This document shows, piece by piece, positions 61,765-64,000 of a stretch of DNA of 64,000 nt. The stretch is from the NCBI GenBank assembly GCA_964421975.1, contig CAYQZL010000004.1, positions 818-64,817 on the forward strand, given 5' to 3'. Each line of letters begins with the position of its first letter. The stretch's first letter is position 1. The notes below the pieces were generated by a model, which searched no databases, was not told the origin of the DNA, and saw only the letters and a program-made list of their open reading frames with translations. This stretch comes from an uncultured Rikenellaceae bacterium. GTDB lineage: Bacteria > Bacteroidota > Bacteroidia > Bacteroidales > VadinHA17. The translations under genes and the position numbers were made by a program.

Positions 61765-63801
61765 ATGAAAAAGAATATTCTGACGTTCATTCCAGTCACT
61801 TTAATTACATTATTCTGTTCTTTGAACACTGGAAAATCACAAACCAATTCTCTGCCCATGATCGGTGCCCAGGTCTTTATCGAGCCCGGGCAAACAAAGC
61901 AGGATATTGAAACCTGGTTCAGAATCCTTGACAATTCAGGTATGAAGGTATGCCGGATAAGAATGTTCGAGACACACATGCACAGAGCTGACGGATCCTG
62001 GGATTATTCATTGTATGATGAAGCATTCAGAGCTGCAGAAAAATATGATATTAAGATCTTTGCCACACTTTTCCCTGCTGACTCCAAAAACAGCGTGGGA
62101 GGTGAAAAATTCCCGGAAAGTGAAGAGCATTTCAGACAGATAACAGCTTACATAAAAAATATGGCTGAACACTTCAGGCATTATAAATCACTATTTGGCT
62201 GGGTCTTGCAGAATGAACCGGGAACAGGAGGAAGCATACCTGACAATGATTTCACAAGGGAACAGCTCAAAAAGTGGAAGGCCAGTCAGGTGGCATCAGG
62301 ATATGACAGTAAGGGGTATATGACAGAGACTTTCGAATCAAAAAGGTTCCTGGTTGATTATGAGACATGGTATCTTAGATGGATCGCATCAGAGATCAGG
62401 AAGTATGATAAGGATCACTATCTGCATGTGAATAATCATCAGATCTTTGAAAATGTTGCGGAATATGATTTCCCTTCCTGGAGGAAATTCCTTACAACAC
62501 TTGGAGCATCGGCTCATGCAAGCTGGCATTTCGGTTATTTCAACCGCGATCAATATACGATGGCTCTGGCTGCAAATTGTGATATTATACGTTCCGGGGC
62601 AGGAAATCTCCCGTACTGGATTACTGAACTTCAGGGAGGAAATAATATATGGAGCGGTAATGCCCCCATGTGCCCTACCGGTGAAGAGATAACACAATGG
62701 CTGTGGACCGGTATTATGAGTGGTGCAAAGGGTGTCATCTTCTGGACACTTAATCCCCGTGGATCTGCTGATGAAGCTGGTGAATGGGCTATGATAACTT
62801 TTCAGAATGAACCTTCAGAAAGACTCAGCGCAGCTTCAGAGGTTATTAATGCTCTGAATAAAAATTCAAACCTTTTCAGCAATGCTGTACCGGCAGACAA
62901 AAAGATAAGCATTCTCTATACAAGAGAATCACTGTGGGCTGAATTGCGCAGCCAGATGGGCGGACAGCAGATTGAGGGACGTTCAAAGGGAGCTGTGATA
63001 AAATCAGCTCTCGCTTATTATGAAATATTATCGGAAAATGGTATCGGATGTAATTTCAGTGAAATTAATGAATTTGACTGGGAAAAAGAAGATTTTTCAG
63101 GTATGACGGTAATACTTGCTCATCAGATATCAATCCCTTCAATCTTCTGGAACAGGATTGAGAATTTTGTCAGTAAAGGTGGTAAGCTGATTGTAAGCGG
63201 GCTTACCGGATTTTTTGATGAAAACATGCATAATGTGATGAAAACTGGATTTCCTCCTGAAAAACTGTTTGGAAGTACCATAAGCGAGTTCAGACACATG
63301 GGTGATAAATTCGAAATTAATCTGATCAGTCCTGAAATAATATTACCTGCTCATTGGATGCAGGGGATAATAAAAAACCATAATTCTAAGGCTATCGGTA
63401 AATCCGGTGATGAAATAACTGCCATCCGAAATCACTATGGGAATGGTGAGGTGGTATGGATACCATCCATGATCGGTCTGGGAGCAAGAAGGGGAAGTAG
63501 TGAACCATTATCAGCTTTTCTCAGGCAGGAACTGGAGAATAGCCTCATTTACAACCCGGTCAATCTGAAAAAATATGAAAAAGGCATTCTGATGCGAACC
63601 ATGAAATCGAACAGGTCATATCTGAGTGTTATAATAAACAAGAATACGGATACCAGGAATCTGGAAATAAGTATTCCAGAGTCATTGAGACCTGTTGTTA
63701 TTTTTTCAAATAAATCTGGAAGTGTCAGCAACAGAAATATTTGTACTATTCATCCGGAAGAAACATTAATAATAAGGTGGGATCAGTTAGTCGATCCGTG
63801 A
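61765..63801 (+). CDS. GH42-like (clan GH-A) glycoside hydrolase, beta-galactosidase-like, secreted
   Basis: The ATG at 61765 gives the signal peptide MKKNILTFIPVTLITLFCS. VCRIRMFE...DGSWDYSLYDEAFRAAEKYDIKIF, the acid/base-type LQNEPG, the nucleophile-type ITELQGG, and a central GH42M-like domain. Confidence 0.6.
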   Translation: MKKNILTFIPVTLITLFCSLNTGKSQTNSLPMIGAQVFIEPGQTKQDIETWFRILDNSGMKVCRIRMFETHMHRADGSWDYSLYDEAFRAAEKYDIKIFATLFPADSKNSVGGEKFPESEEHFRQITAYIKNMAEHFRHYKSLFGWVLQNEPGTGGSIPDNDFTREQLKKWKASQVASGYDSKGYMTETFESKRFLVDYETWYLRWIASEIRKYDKDHYLHVNNHQIFENVAEYDFPSWRKFLTTLGASAHASWHFGYFNRDQYTMALAANCDIIRSGAGNLPYWITELQGGNNIWSGNAPMCPTGEEITQWLWTGIMSGAKGVIFWTLNPRGSADEAGEWAMITFQNEPSERLSAASEVINALNKNSNLFSNAVPADKKISILYTRESLWAELRSQMGGQQIEGRSKGAVIKSALAYYEILSENGIGCNFSEINEFDWEKEDFSGMTVILAHQISIPSIFWNRIENFVSKGGKLIVSGLTGFFDENMHNVMKTGFPPEKLFGSTISEFRHMGDKFEINLISPEIILPAHWMQGIIKNHNSKAIGKSGDEITAIRNHYGNGEVVWIPSMIGLGARRGSSEPLSAFLRQELENSLIYNPVNLKKYEKGILMRTMKSNRSYLSVIINKNTDTRNLEISIPESLRPVVIFSNKSGSVSNRNICTIHPEETLIIRWDQLVDP

Positions 63802-63887
63802 TTCTATTGTCAAACGAGAAGGATTTCTCATTACGCCAAACTTCGCAAGCTCTGTTTTGGCTTCATTCGAAATGACATTACATTTTA

Positions 63888-63993
63888 GGTGGATAGGGAG
63901 GGAAGCCGGGGCGTTTTGACGCTACCTTTCGTATTAAACTAAGGATTTTTCAAAACACCCCGGCTTCTCTCATATGCCTCCACTATACACCTG
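63888..63993. repeat. Long imperfect inverted repeat at the window edge
   Basis: Inner pair: gaagccggggcgttttga (63902-63919) against tcaaaacaccccggcttc (63950-63967), with one mismatch. Outer pair: aggtggatagggagg against cctccactatacacct. It shares the caccccggc core with the element at 17172-17582. Confidence 0.7.
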
Positions 63994-64000
63994 TCATCCC

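Noticed and set aside
1-64000. tRNA, rRNA, tmRNA, RNase P and SRP RNA genes in the intergenic gaps
   Set aside because: No T-loop (GGTTCGAAT-like) motif or other conserved core motif was seen in any gap. The only large gap, 17027-17656, is occupied by the inverted-repeat element.

Overview
This 64 kb window looks like a chromosomal segment of a Bacteroidota bacterium. It carries the gliding/type IX secretion genes porU-porV, a PorP/SprF-family gene and gldJ-murF, and several genes are preceded by Bacteroidota-type TAnnTTTG -7 boxes. The organism is probably an anaerobe, because it has a ferredoxin-dependent COG1900/NIL-ferredoxin homocysteine module and two Ser-type sulfatases. I call about 48 protein-coding genes. 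Most are housekeeping (rlmN, recR, alaS, hutU, ispF, murF, mtaB, folC, a 2-oxoacid dehydrogenase E2 subunit, and Nif3 with its zinc-ribbon partner) or envelope genes (two M23 peptidases, glycosyltransferases, an LpxL-like acyltransferase). The last 11 kb holds a sulfated-glycan-type block: two sulfatases, an HGSNAT-like membrane acetyltransferase, a GH42-like hydrolase and an M55-like peptidase. I recognised no rRNA, tRNA, CRISPR array, transposase, integrase or phage gene. Four things deserve a second look. (1) Four tandem paralogs at 2801-10534 share a TPR + PD40 propeller N-terminal half but end in different anchors: OmpA_C + SPOR-like, SPOR-like only, none, or a C-terminal transmembrane helix. 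I read this as a possible fused Tol-Pal/CpoB-like envelope-tethering system. (2) A dispersed family of intergenic elements is built from 7-mer words (CACAGAG, CACAAAG, CACTAAG) repeated in 10-bp register and followed by the same number of inverted copies. Copies sit at 1110-1188, 28149-28239, 54784-54880 and 57923-58042, and unrelated pure tandem arrays sit at 25996-26055 and 44781-44950. (3) A roughly 410-bp nested inverted-repeat element at 17172-17582 is bracketed by CTCACCT-type heptamer tracts, so it could be MITE-like, inverton-like or a structured RNA. (4) An archaeal-type sulfide-dependent homocysteine cluster (COG1900, NIL-ferredoxin, UPF0280/COG2122) lies inside the sulfatase block and is bracketed by two of the hairpin arrays. 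All domain calls were made by eye from motifs with no database search. Motif coordinates may be off by 1-2 nt.
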